Positions 21,101-29,908 of a DNA stretch of 64,000 bases are shown here, in pieces; position 1 is the first letter of the stretch; each line of letters opens with the position of its first letter. This DNA comes from an uncultured Clostridia bacterium (GTDB taxonomy: Bacteria > Bacillota > Clostridia > Christensenellales > UBA1750), in NCBI GenBank assembly GCA_944383925.1, contig CALWRM010000061.1:1432-65431 (forward strand), written 5' to 3'. The notes under the pieces were generated by a model that saw only the letters and a list, made by a program, of their open reading frames with translations, did no database searches and was not told where the DNA came from. A program made the position numbers and the translations under genes.

Positions 21101-21107
21101 TCTTCAT
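18102..21107 (-). CDS. membrane-anchored CotH kinase family protein with three lamin-tail-like (LTD) repeats
   Basis: Trimmed to MKRKGLVVLNIVLLVAITVTFVFYAL (AGGAGGG upstream). Three repeats of the type EV..(N/S)...DWVELYN...L.GY.LSD. C-terminal CotH region SFVLRCTAQDYNRARMRD...LYLNGEYWGHYNMRERV. Confidence 0.85.
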   Translation of the reverse strand: MKRKGLVVLNIVLLVAITVTFVFYALNKELAPAIAGVGEGADGQLEMTTTGLIISEVMIANEGAVMDDDGEYPDWVELYNGTAAAINLSGYALSDRSDNPAKFPLPSMELGSGEYLVVYLSGKSRNAASASLHASFRLKAGETLYLFNGSSLADQVELPQTAVNSSYIHQETGFEETTLYSPGYPNTQEGHDSYLASFDLRAQSSLKINEVQSSNASTLADENGAYPDWIELINLGTETIDLSGYALTDDDNEPMQWRFASGSIAPGEMLVVYCDNLNSQDGQTFHTNFAISASGENISLRDAQGYLLDRVELPELKDDCAYARQEDGGYQETNAPTPGLANTAENGLSVLDDFFRLNNQGVYISEVLSSAGETLVNDQAVDYAEIVNNSGQTVNLGGWGLSNNPDRTRRFEFPELSLAPGERMVVALTGEDSTETGKLSTSFRASSTGEILYLFDAQDQMVDKLLVPALQTDISYGRGDDLGLFYYATPSPGQPNQGESYVGVAQEVSLSLAPGLYDEGLSLELSVSDGSQIYYTTDCTEPSVSSTPYTGPIQLSSTTVVRAVAVKEGYLSPLSTTGTYIIGQSHSVRVVCLSTDPDNLFSDEKGIYADGPGYQEEFPHGSPGYGANFWMDWERPVYVEIFDEDGTTLLSQGAEFKINGQYSRALDQKSFAVYARKEYGDSRFNAALFDDRDYDSYKSFVLRCTAQDYNRARMRDAMMTSLMEGQGVMYQETEVCVLYLNGEYWGHYNMRERVNKWSIAQWEGVTDETAIDNIDLLKGNGNVAARVLNGTNEEYMELIDFVESHSLKDEENLKYVTDRVDIINYFDYQIAEIFWVNSDNGNIKYYKVPGGKWKWILYDLDWGINTGETNGYKRDGFLHVLNENGTGYNDSFNNSLIRGLLENPEMEELFIERCAYYVREVYTKENIYAAIEELESQMAPEMEAHYERWPDHGSVQSWQRHVNRLREFADNRTGYMMQHMKDWFGLSDEKMTELFGELWQG

Positions 21108-21289
21108 GGAAACCCTCCTGTAAAATAGCACGCTTTCGCGCTTTTCCGCGCAGTTGTCAGTGTAACATAGCAACGGGCGAAATGCAAACACAATCCCCTA
21201 TATTGCGGCCATTTTCGCCCTTCCACCAGGGAAGACGAGTGATTTGGGGCAAAAGTTTCGCATTTTTCGCCGCGGTCCGCGGGTAAAAA

Positions 21290-22445
21290 AAGGCAGGGGC
21301 CGACGGGCGCCCGGCCCGCCGGCCCAACCCCCCCGGCGCGACCGGCACGGGAAGAGGGCCCAGCGGCCGGACAAAGGCGACGCACTTCGGCCCTTCCATA
21401 AAAAGGACCCGCAGGGCGCTTGGTCCCCGGGCCCCTTGCCTTGTTCCCCTCGCCCGCCATCCCAGCCGCCCGCGCCCGCTGGCAACGCCGCCTAGCCTCG
21501 GCGCGACAGGCGCGGGGAAGGGTTCCGCAGCCGGGCCGCTTCTTCCCTCCCTCTCCCGCCATCCCGGCCGCCCGCGCCCTTGCCAACAGGTTTGCGGGGG
21601 AAAGGGGCCCAGCGGCCGGGCAAAGGCGACGCCCCTCGACCCTTCCATAAAAAAGGACCCGCTGGGCGCTTGGCCCCCGGGTCCCTTGCCTTGTTCCCTT
21701 CGCCCGCCATCCCAGCCGCCCGCGCCCGCTGGCAACGCCGCCTAGCCTCGGCGCGACAGGCGCGGGGAAGGGTTCCGCAGCCGGGCCCCCTTTTTCCCTC
21801 CCGCGCACGCCAACCCGGCCGCCCGCGCCCGCTGGCGACGCTACCCCTATGCCACGGCGCGACCAGTGTGGGAAATAGGCCCCGCAGCCGGGCCGCTTCT
21901 TCCCTCCCTCTCCCGCCAACCCGGCCGCCCGCGCCCTTGCCAACAGGTTTGCGGGGGAAAGGGGCCCAGCGGCCGGACAAAGGCAACGCCCTTCGACCCT
22001 TCCATAAAAAAGGACCCGCAGGGCGCTTGGCCCCCGGGTCCTTTGCCTTGTTCCCTTCGCCCGCCATCCCAGCCGCCCGCGCCCGCTGGCGACGCTACCG
22101 CCATGCCGCGGCGCGGTCGGCGCAGGGAAAGGGCCCCGCAGCCGGGCCCCTTCTTCCCCCACCCGCCATCCCGGCCGTCCGCACCCTTGCCAACAGGTTT
22201 CGCAAGGAAAGGGTTCCAGCGGCCGGACAAAGGCGACGCCCTTCGGCCCTTCCATAAAAAGGGCCCGCTGGGCGCTTGGCCCCCGGGTCCCTTGCCTTGT
22301 TCCCCCACCCGCCAACCCAGCCGCCCGCGCCCTTGCCAACAGGTTTCGCGGGGAAAGGGGCCCAGCGGCCGGACAAAGGCAACGCCCTTCGGCCCTTCTA
22401 CAAAAAAGGACCCGAAGGGCGCTTGGCCCTCCGGGTCTCATCCTC
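21290..22445. repeat. tandem array B: mosaic of two module types (about 103 bp and about 147 bp), at least 8 modules
   Basis: The anchor CCCGCCA(T/A)CCC(A/G)GCCGCCCGCGCCC recurs at about 21452, 21556, 21701, 21800, 21913, 22060, 22160 and 22307. It is followed either by GCTGGC..GGCGCGGGGAAGGGTTCCGCAGCCGGGCC or by TTGCCAACAGGTTT..GGCCGGACAAAGGCGACGCCCTTCGGCC..ATAAAAAAGGACCCGC..GGGTCC. Confidence 0.85.
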
Positions 22446-22469
22446 CCTCGCCTACCAAACCGCCCGCGC

Positions 22470-23063
22470 CTACAGGCTGGTGCGGCCGCGCATGGCCCGG
22501 GAGAGGGTGATTTCGTCGGTGTATTCCAGGTCGCTGCCCACGGGCATGCCATGGGCGATGCGGCTGACGCGAAGTCCGAAGGGCTTGAGCAGCCGGGCGA
22601 TATAGGCGGCGGTGGCCTCCCCCTCGATGTCGGGGTTGGTGGCCAGAATGACCTCCTCCACGCCGTCCAGACGGCCCAACAGCTCCTTGATGGCGATATC
22701 CTCCGGGCCAACGCCTTCCATGGGGGAGATCACCCCATGGAGCACGTGGTACAGTCCGTTGTAATCCCGGGTGCGCTCCATGGCGGCCACATCCCTGGGA
22801 TCGCGCACCACGCAAAGCAGCCTGCGGTCGCGGCGCTCGTCCCGGCAGATGGCGCAGCGCTCCTCGTCGGTGTAGTTACCGCATACGCTGCAGCGGCGCA
22901 CGCTCTGGCGCGCCTGCAGGATGGCCTGGGCCAGGGCCTCGGCCTCCTCCTTGGGTTGGGCCAGGAGAAAATAGGCCAGGCGCTGGGCGCTCTTGCGGCC
23001 GATGCCCGGCAGCTTGGACAGCTGGGCCACCAGGCGCTGCAGGGAATCGATCTGCTCCGCCAT
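22470..23063 (-). CDS. recR: recombination protein RecR
   Basis: 197 aa. [17 protein letters not shown] (HhH), [16 protein letters not shown] (zinc finger), Toprim region [16 protein letters not shown]. Confidence 0.95.
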   Translation of the reverse strand: MAEQIDSLQRLVAQLSKLPGIGRKSAQRLAYFLLAQPKEEAEALAQAILQARQSVRRCSVCGNYTDEERCAICRDERRDRRLLCVVRDPRDVAAMERTRDYNGLYHVLHGVISPMEGVGPEDIAIKELLGRLDGVEEVILATNPDIEGEATAAYIARLLKPFGLRVSRIAHGMPVGSDLEYTDEITLSRAMRGRTSL

Positions 23064-23064
23064 G

Positions 23065-23400
23065 TTAGAAGCCGAACCCCCTGCCGCCGGTCAGCTTGGC
23101 CATTTCGGCCTCGGAGGTTTCCTCCACCAGGCGCATCACCTGGTTCACTGCGGCCAAGACCATGTCCTGCAGCATCTCCACATCCTCGGGGTCCACCGCC
23201 TCGGGCTTGATGAGGATCTGGGTCAGCTCCTTCTTGCCGTTGGCCTTGACCTGCACCATGCCGCCGCCGGCGCTGCCCTCAAACTCGCGAGCCTCCAGCT
23301 CCTCCTGGAGTTTCTGAATGTTCTGCTGCATCTTCTGGGCCTGCTTGATCATCTGCTGCATATTGCCCCCGCCCATGCCGGGGAATCCGCCTCTGGCCAT
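23065..23400 (-). CDS. ybaB: YbaB/EbfC nucleoid-associated protein
   Basis: C-terminal 111 codons of ORF 23065..23964: [36 protein letters not shown]...[15 protein letters not shown]. The stop lies 1 nt before the recR ATG. Confidence 0.92.
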   Translation of the reverse strand: MARGGFPGMGGGNMQQMIKQAQKMQQNIQKLQEELEAREFEGSAGGGMVQVKANGKKELTQILIKPEAVDPEDVEMLQDMVLAAVNQVMRLVEETSEAEMAKLTGGRGFGF

Positions 23401-23587
23401 AGGACAACCTCCCAATGTTCGCGTTATTTCTGGTTTCCCAATTCTAAGAGTATACCAAAGGGCGCGGGAAAAAGCAATCGCCGCGCGGCCCTTTGGCCGC
23501 CGCGCCCTTTCCCGGCCGCGCAAGAGGGGAGCGGCTGCCGGCAGCCGCTCCCCTCTTGCCACTTCTTTCACGCGGCCGCGCCGGAGG

Positions 23588-25141
23588 CTACTTGGCGTAC
23601 TCGGTGGCGCGCAGCTCGCGAATGACGTTGACCTTGATCTGTCCGGGGTATTCCAGTTCCTTCTCGATGCGCTTGACGATCTCCTTGGCCATGACCACGG
23701 CGCCGGTGTCGTTGACGTCCTCGGGCTTGACCATGATGCGGATCTCGCGGCCGGCTTGGATGGCGAAGGACTTCTCCACACCCTCGAAGGAGTTGGCGAT
23801 CTCCTCCAGCCGTTGCAGGCGCTTGATGTAGTTTTCCAGGGTTTCGCGGCGGGCGCCGGGCCTTGCGCCGGAGATGGCGTCGGCGGCGGCCACCAGCACG
23901 GCCTCCACGCTGGCGGGCTCGCAGTCGCCGTGGTGGGCGGCGATGGCGTTGACCACCAGCTCATGCTCCCTGTACTTCTTGGCCAGATCCGCGCCGATCT
24001 GGATGTGGGTCCCCTCCACCTCGTGGTCGATGGACTTGCCGATATCGTGCAGCAGGCCGGCGCGCTTGGCCAGGGCCACGTCCGCCCCCAGCTCGGCGGC
24101 CATCAGGCCGGCCAAATAGGAAACCTCGATGGAGTGTTTGAGCACGTTTTGCCCGTAGGAGGTGCGGTACTTCATGCGGCCGAGCAGGCGCACAAGCTCG
24201 TTGTGCAGCCCGTGCACGCCGGTCTCGAACACGGCCTGTTCGCCGGCCTCGCGGATCTGGTTATCCACCTCGCGCTTGGCCTTTTCCACCATCTCCTCGA
24301 TGCGGGTGGGATGGATGCGGCCGTCGTTGATGAGCCTTTCCAGGGCGATCCTGGCGATTTCCCTGCGGAGGGGATCAGAGCCGGAGAGGATCACCGCCTC
24401 CGGCGTATCGTCGATGGTCGAATCGATGCCGGTAGCCGCCTCCAGGGCGCGGATGTTGCGTCCCTCGCGGCCGATGATGCGGCCCTTCATCTCGTCGTTG
24501 GGCAGGGGCACCACGGAGACCGTGGTCTCGGCCACGTGGTCCGCGGCGCACTTTTGTATGGCCAGGGAAATGATGTTTCGGGCCTTTTTCTCGGCCTCGT
24601 CCTTGGCCTTTTGCTCGATTTCACGCACCATGACGGCGGCGTCGTGGTAGGCGTCCTTCTGCACGGCGGAGACGATCATCTGCCGCGCCTCGTCGCTGGT
24701 CATCTGGGCCACGCGCTCCAGCTCCTCCTGGCGCTTTTGTCCAAGGGCTTCCACGGCGTCGGCCTTGTCCTTCAGCTCCTTGGCCTGGCGGGAGAGGCTC
24801 TCCTCGCGGTTTTCCAGGTTATCCTGCTTTTTGTCCAGGGTCTCTTCCTTTTGCAGCAGGCGGCGCTCCAGGCGCTGGGTCTCGTTGCGCCGTTCGCGGA
24901 TTTCCCGCTCCATCTCCGTCTTCTGGCGCAGGATCTCCTCCTTCGCCTCCAGGATGCGCTCCTTTTTGGCGGTTTCGGCCTTTTCCTTGGCCTCGTCCAC
25001 CAACTTCTTCATGGCCTCTTCGGTGTTGCCGATCTTTTGTTCGATGTTCTTTTTCATTCGGTCGGCGCCGATGAAGGCGCCGGCAGTTGCGCCCGCGGCG
25101 ATGCCCGCCACGATGCCCAGGATCCAAAGTACCGTATCCAT
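23588..25141 (-). CDS. rny: ribonuclease Y
   Basis: 517 aa. N-terminal TM, long coiled-coil, KH domain ([17 protein letters not shown]), HD domain (LLHDIGK). Confidence 0.95.
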   Translation of the reverse strand: MDTVLWILGIVAGIAAGATAGAFIGADRMKKNIEQKIGNTEEAMKKLVDEAKEKAETAKKERILEAKEEILRQKTEMEREIRERRNETQRLERRLLQKEETLDKKQDNLENREESLSRQAKELKDKADAVEALGQKRQEELERVAQMTSDEARQMIVSAVQKDAYHDAAVMVREIEQKAKDEAEKKARNIISLAIQKCAADHVAETTVSVVPLPNDEMKGRIIGREGRNIRALEAATGIDSTIDDTPEAVILSGSDPLRREIARIALERLINDGRIHPTRIEEMVEKAKREVDNQIREAGEQAVFETGVHGLHNELVRLLGRMKYRTSYGQNVLKHSIEVSYLAGLMAAELGADVALAKRAGLLHDIGKSIDHEVEGTHIQIGADLAKKYREHELVVNAIAAHHGDCEPASVEAVLVAAADAISGARPGARRETLENYIKRLQRLEEIANSFEGVEKSFAIQAGREIRIMVKPEDVNDTGAVVMAKEIVKRIEKELEYPGQIKVNVIRELRATEYAK

Positions 25142-25434
25142 GGATTCACCACCGTTTCCTATAATGCAAACGATGATTTTTTAAGGCTCCACGCGCAAAA
25201 ATGCGCACCGCTCCACTGCCCTTGCCGCGCCGGCCCCCAAAAAACGGAAGCGGAAAATGCGTTTTTGCGCCCAATCGCGCCTGTTCTGGAGATTTGTTTT
25301 TTGATTCTTATATAAAGTTAAATATAAAAAACGAAATGCAATCCCAAAACAATCATCGTCATAACTATTCTTATTTTATATTTGCGGGCAGGCCCTGTCA
25401 ACCCGAAAATCCGCCCCAACGACAAGTTAACGGG

Positions 25435-25467
25435 CAAAAAGGGACGGGCCGCTCGGCGGCCCGTCCC
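25435..25467 (-). terminator. recA intrinsic terminator
   Basis: Minus strand GGGACGGGCCGCCGAGCGGCCCGTCCC followed by TTTTTGCCC, about 27 nt after the recA stop. Confidence 0.7.
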
Positions 25468-25493
25468 TCCTGTTGGCAACGGTTTTTTTATTT

Positions 25494-26624
25494 TTATTCC
25501 TCATCCTGCTCGTCGAGTCCGAAGGCGGGCTCCTCGCCCTCCTGGGGCGCGGCGCCCTCCTCCTCGGCAGAGGCGGCGGCCAGGCTTTGGCGGATCTTTT
25601 GCTCGATCTCGTCGCAGATATCCGGGTGGTCCGTCAGGTACTGGCGGGCGTTCTCCCTGCCCTGGCCGATTCGCTCGCCGTTGTAGGAGAAGTAGGCGCC
25701 GGACTTGTTGATCAGTTCGGCCTGCACGCCCAGGTCCAGCACGGAGCCCTCGTGGGAAACGCCCTTGCCGTAGAGCATGTCGAACTCCGCCACGCGGAAG
25801 GGCGGGGCCACCTTGTTCTTGACCACCTTCACCTTCACCCGGTTGCCCACCGCCTCGGTGCCCTTCTTGATCTGCTCGGTGCGGCGCACGTCCAGGCGGA
25901 TGGTGGCGTAGAACTTCAGGGCCTTGCCGCCGGCGGTGGTCTCGGGGTTGCCGAACATCACGCCCACCTTTTCGCGCAGCTGGTTGATGAAGATGCAGAT
26001 GGAATTGGTCTTGTTGATGATGCCGGCCAGCTTGCGCAGGGCCTGGCTCATGAGCCTGGCCTGCAGGCCCACATGGGATTCGCCCATGTCGCCCTCGATC
26101 TCCGCCTTGGGCACCAGGGCGGCCACGGAGTCGATGACCACGATGTCCACCGCGCCGGAGCGCACCAGGGCCTCGCAGATTTCCAGGGCCTGCTCGCCGG
26201 TGTCCGGCTGGGAGACGTACAGCTCGTCGATATTCACGCCCAAGGCCTTGGCATAGACCGGATCCAAGGCGTGCTCGGCGTCGATGAAGGCGGCCGTGCC
26301 GCCCAGCTTCTGGGCCTGGGCCACCATGTGCAGGGCCATGGTGGTCTTGCCCGAGGACTCGGGCCCGTAGATCTCGATGATGCGTCCCTTGGGGATGCCA
26401 CCCACGCCCAGGGCGATGTCCAGCTCCAGGCAGCCGGAGGGGATCACCTGCACGTTCATGTTGGCGGTTTGCCCAAGCTTCATGATCGAGCCCTTGCCAA
26501 ACTGCTTTTCGATGTTGCTCAGCGCCAGGTCCAGCGCCTTTTTCTTCTCCTCGGCGTTGTCCGCGGCCGCGCGCGGGTCCTTGTTGTAGTGCACCGTCTT
26601 GCCGGCGTTCTTTTCCTTGGCCAT
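25494..26624 (-). CDS. recA: recombinase RecA
   Basis: [13 protein letters not shown], canonical RecA core throughout. Start set at MAKEKN (GGAAGGTGGG 10-12 nt upstream). The track's start at 26639 is a GTG 5 codons further upstream. Confidence 0.95.
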   Translation of the reverse strand: MAKEKNAGKTVHYNKDPRAAADNAEEKKKALDLALSNIEKQFGKGSIMKLGQTANMNVQVIPSGCLELDIALGVGGIPKGRIIEIYGPESSGKTTMALHMVAQAQKLGGTAAFIDAEHALDPVYAKALGVNIDELYVSQPDTGEQALEICEALVRSGAVDIVVIDSVAALVPKAEIEGDMGESHVGLQARLMSQALRKLAGIINKTNSICIFINQLREKVGVMFGNPETTAGGKALKFYATIRLDVRRTEQIKKGTEAVGNRVKVKVVKNKVAPPFRVAEFDMLYGKGVSHEGSVLDLGVQAELINKSGAYFSYNGERIGQGRENARQYLTDHPDICDEIEQKIRQSLAAASAEEEGAAPQEGEEPAFGLDEQDEE

Positions 26625-26673
26625 CCGCTCTTGTCCCACCTTCCGTTTGATTGGCTAAACACTTTCCTTTGTT

Positions 26674-27924
26674 TTAGGCGTCCTGCAGGGCTTGGCCCAA
26701 CAGGGCGCGGCGCAGCAGGTCCAGGGCGTTGAGCATGCTCAGCCTGCGGATGCGCTGCCGGTCGCCGCCAAGGCGCAGCTCCCGCGCCACGCTCAGCGCG
26801 GGTCCGGCCAGGCCCACGTAGACCAGGCCCACGGGCTTTTGCTCCGTGCCGCCGTCCGGGCCGGCGATGCCCGTGACCGACAGGGCGTAGTCCGCGCCGC
26901 TGGCCCTGCGCTCGCCCTGGGCCATTTCCAGGGCGCAGGCCCGGCTCACCGCGCCTTCCTGTTGAAGGGTTTCCTCCGACACGCCCAGACGATGGCGCTT
27001 GGCCTGGTTGGAGTAGCAGACCACGCCCTCCAATAGGGCGGCGGAGATGCCGGGCAGGGCCACCCGCTCGCTGGCGATCATGCCGCCTGTGCAGGACTCG
27101 GCCAGGGCCAGCGTGCAGCCCTTTTCCAGCAGCAGGCTGCCCACCACCTCCGGCAGGCTCCGCTTGCCCACCTCGTAGAGGTATTGGCCGGCCACATCGC
27201 GGATTTTTTGCTCCACGGGGTCCAACAGGGGCGCGGCCTCCTCCCCCTCTAGCAGCTTGACGCTCAGGCGCAGGCTCACCTCGCCCAGGCCCGCATAGGG
27301 GGCCACGGTCACCCGGTCCTGGCCCTGGAGCAGCTCGTCCAGGGCATAGGCCAGGGCCGATTCGCCGATGCCGAAGAACTTCAGCGTTCTGGAGACGATC
27401 TTCTCGCCGGTCAACCCCTGCAGGTAGGGCATTAGGCTCCGATCCACCATATGGGTCAGCTCGTTGGGCGGGCCGGGCAGCACCACAAAGCGCTTGCCGT
27501 CCTTTTCCAGGGCAAAGCCGGGGGCCGTTCCCCGCTCGTTGGGGAAGATCAGCGCCCCTTCGGGGAAGGCCACCTGCTTGTAGTTGTTGGGGGTGATCTG
27601 CCGTCCGCGGCCGCGCATCCAGGCCTCCATGGCCCGGCGGCTGGCGGGGTCCTCCCGCAGGGGCAGGTCCAGGTACTTGGCCAGGGTTTCCTTGGTCAGG
27701 TCGTCGGGCGTGGGGCCGAGGCCGCCGGTGAGCACGACGATGTCGCTGCGGCTGGCCGCCAGGTCGATGGTTTGCAGCAGGCGCGCCTGGTTGTCGCCCA
27801 CGGTCTGCTGAAAGAAGCTATCCATGCCCACCTCGCCCAAGCGAGAGGCGATGTACTGCGCGTCGGTGTTGGCGATCTGCCCCATGAGCAGCTCCGTGCC
27901 CACGGAGACGATTTCCACCTTCAT
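26674..27924 (-). CDS. cinA: competence/damage-inducible protein CinA
   Basis: MKVEIVSVGTELLMGQIANTDAQYI (MoCF-binding domain) plus a C-terminal PncC-like domain (ESCTGG). GGAGGGTGG upstream. Classic cinA-recA pairing. Confidence 0.9.
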   Translation of the reverse strand: MKVEIVSVGTELLMGQIANTDAQYIASRLGEVGMDSFFQQTVGDNQARLLQTIDLAASRSDIVVLTGGLGPTPDDLTKETLAKYLDLPLREDPASRRAMEAWMRGRGRQITPNNYKQVAFPEGALIFPNERGTAPGFALEKDGKRFVVLPGPPNELTHMVDRSLMPYLQGLTGEKIVSRTLKFFGIGESALAYALDELLQGQDRVTVAPYAGLGEVSLRLSVKLLEGEEAAPLLDPVEQKIRDVAGQYLYEVGKRSLPEVVGSLLLEKGCTLALAESCTGGMIASERVALPGISAALLEGVVCYSNQAKRHRLGVSEETLQQEGAVSRACALEMAQGERRASGADYALSVTGIAGPDGGTEQKPVGLVYVGLAGPALSVARELRLGGDRQRIRRLSMLNALDLLRRALLGQALQDA

Positions 27925-27952
27925 GTTGCCACCCTCCATCCCGGGGCCGGTT

Positions 27953-28498
27953 CTATTTGTTGACGGAGAGCAGGCCCCGATTTTTTACGATGTAGTCGAT
28001 TCCCGACCAAACGGTGAAGACCAGCGCCACCCACACGGCGATCTGCGCCATGGGGAAGTGCAGCAGGGAAAAGGGGAAGTTGTTCAGCAGCAGCAGGATC
28101 AGGGCGATCAGCTGGGTGGTGGTCTTCACCTTGGCCAGGGGGCTGGCGGCGATGACCACGCTGCCGGCGGCCGCCACCAGGCGAAAGCCGGAGATGATGA
28201 ACTCCCTGGACAAAAAGACGATGGCCGCCACGGCGGAGAGCTTGCCGTCCTGCACCAGCAGCAGCATGGCCGCCATCACCAGCACCTTGTCGGCGATGGG
28301 GTCCATGAACTTGCCGAAAGTGGTGACCTCGTTGCGGCTGCGCGCCAAGTAGCCGTCCAGGAAATCCGTAAAGGAGGCCACGGCGAACACGGCCGTGGGG
28401 ATGGCCACCAAGGGCCCGTCGCGGAAGGCGAAATAGGCCACGATGAACACGGGGATCAGGCAAATGCGCAATAGGGTGATCTTGTTGGCGATGGTCAT
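27953..28498 (-). CDS. pgsA: CDP-diacylglycerol--glycerol-3-phosphate 3-phosphatidyltransferase
   Basis: 181 aa. DFLDGYLARSRNEVTTFGKFMDPIADK (CDP-alcohol phosphatidyltransferase motif). The ATG overlaps the rimO stop (ATGA). Confidence 0.92.
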   Translation of the reverse strand: MTIANKITLLRICLIPVFIVAYFAFRDGPLVAIPTAVFAVASFTDFLDGYLARSRNEVTTFGKFMDPIADKVLVMAAMLLLVQDGKLSAVAAIVFLSREFIISGFRLVAAAGSVVIAASPLAKVKTTTQLIALILLLLNNFPFSLLHFPMAQIAVWVALVFTVWSGIDYIVKNRGLLSVNK

Positions 28499-29817
28499 GG
28501 CTGCGCGGGCACCCCCATCATATCATAGTCCAGCGCCTTTGTCAGGCGCACGGGGACGATCTGGCCGGGACGCAGGTTTTCGGCCAGCTCGATGTAGATG
28601 CGTCCGTCGGTTTCCGGGGCCTCCCACTGGGAGCGGCCCACGTACAGGCCCATTTCCTCCTCCTCCACCAGCACGTCCACCACGCTGCCCACCCGCGCCT
28701 GGTTGAAGGCCCGGGAGATGGGCCTTTGCTGGCGCATGAGCCGGTTGGCGCGGCCCCGGCGGTTGCGCAGGGGCACCTGGTCCTTGCGGGCGGCGGCGGG
28801 GGTGCCCTCCTCCCTGGAATAGGCGAAGGCGCCCAGCCGGTCGAAGGGATGGGTCTTGACGTAGTCCAGCAGGTAGCGGAACTCCTCCTCCGTCTCCCCG
28901 GGGAAGCCGGCGATCATGGTGGTACGCAGGGCGAAGCCGCCAAGCTCGCGGATGCGGTGGTACAGCCGGTCGATCAGGGCATGGTCGCCGCGGCGGTTCA
29001 TCTCCCGAAGCACCTTGTCGTGCACGTGTTGCAGGGGGATGTCGATGTAGGAGCAGATCTTGGGGTCGTCGTGCATAAGCTGAAGCAGCTCGTCGCTGGT
29101 GTTGTCCGGGTAGCAGTACAGCACGCGCAGCCAGCGGGTCTCGGGCAGGGCGGACAGCCTGCGCAGCAGCTCCGGCAGCTGGGGCTTGCCGTAGAGGTCC
29201 TCGCCGTAGCGGGTGGTGTCCTGGGCCACCAGGTTGATCTCCTGCACGCCCGCGGCGCACAGCCGCCGCACCTCCTGCTCGATGTTCTCCATGGGCCTGG
29301 AGAGCAGCGGGCCGCGGATATAGGGGATGGCGCAATAGGCGCAGCGGTTGGAGCAGCCCTCGGCAATCTTGACATAGGCATAGTGGCCGGGCGTAGTCAG
29401 CACGCGCTTTTCCTGCTCCGGATAGCAATAGGCCCGTTGGTTGTCCAAAAAGCGCTTGCCCGCCAGGGCCTGCTCGACGGCCTGGTCGATGTTTTCGATT
29501 TCGCCGATGCCCAGGAAGGCGTCGGCCTCGGGCATCTGCTCCAGCAGCTCCTTGCCGTAGCGCTGGGACAGACAGCCGGTGACGATCAGCGCGCGGCAGC
29601 GGTCCTTCTTGTGCTCGGCCATCTCGAAGATGGCGTCGATGGACTCCTGCTTGGCCTCTTCGATGAAGCCGCAGGTGTTGACCAGGATCACCTCCGCCTG
29701 GGCCGGGTCGGACACCAGCTCATAGCCCTTGTCCTTCAATCTACCCAGCATCAGCTCCCCGTCCACCCGGTTCTTGGCGCAGCCAAGGCTCACCATTCCA
29801 ACCGTCGGCATGGCCAC
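28495..29817 (-). CDS. rimO: ribosomal protein S12 methylthiotransferase RimO
   Basis: 440 aa. MVSLGCAKN...VNTCGFI (UPF0004), radical-SAM CSNRCAYCAIP, C-terminal TRAM domain. Confidence 0.92.
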   Translation of the reverse strand: MAMPTVGMVSLGCAKNRVDGELMLGRLKDKGYELVSDPAQAEVILVNTCGFIEEAKQESIDAIFEMAEHKKDRCRALIVTGCLSQRYGKELLEQMPEADAFLGIGEIENIDQAVEQALAGKRFLDNQRAYCYPEQEKRVLTTPGHYAYVKIAEGCSNRCAYCAIPYIRGPLLSRPMENIEQEVRRLCAAGVQEINLVAQDTTRYGEDLYGKPQLPELLRRLSALPETRWLRVLYCYPDNTSDELLQLMHDDPKICSYIDIPLQHVHDKVLREMNRRGDHALIDRLYHRIRELGGFALRTTMIAGFPGETEEEFRYLLDYVKTHPFDRLGAFAYSREEGTPAAARKDQVPLRNRRGRANRLMRQQRPISRAFNQARVGSVVDVLVEEEEMGLYVGRSQWEAPETDGRIYIELAENLRPGQIVPVRLTKALDYDMMGVPAQP

Positions 29818-29908
29818 ATGGCCTCCTCTCTCCTAAGACGCCGCCAGGGGGCCCGCCGCGGCGGGGCTTGCGGCCTGTCTGTGCGTCGTATGTGCATCCC
29901 GGCGCGCC

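Noticed and set aside
21262-21292. Bidirectional terminator: CCGCGGTCCGCGG hairpin flanked by a T5 and an A7 tract upstream of cotH.
   Set aside because: The T-tract precedes the hairpin and the A-tract follows it on the plus strand, and the mirror image holds on the minus strand. Neither orientation therefore gives a hairpin followed by a U-run.
21104-22711. 535-aa ORF, and similar long ORFs across repeat arrays (8246..9727 +, 8008..8493 -, the N-terminal part of 51079..52755 -, 57178..57906 -, 57289..58095 +, 46341..47027 -), all giving Arg/Pro/Gly-rich translations.
   Set aside because: They simply translate the tandem repeats, and several frames on both strands are open at once. They lack SD sequences, run antisense into real genes (comM, recR, cotH) and have non-protein-like composition.
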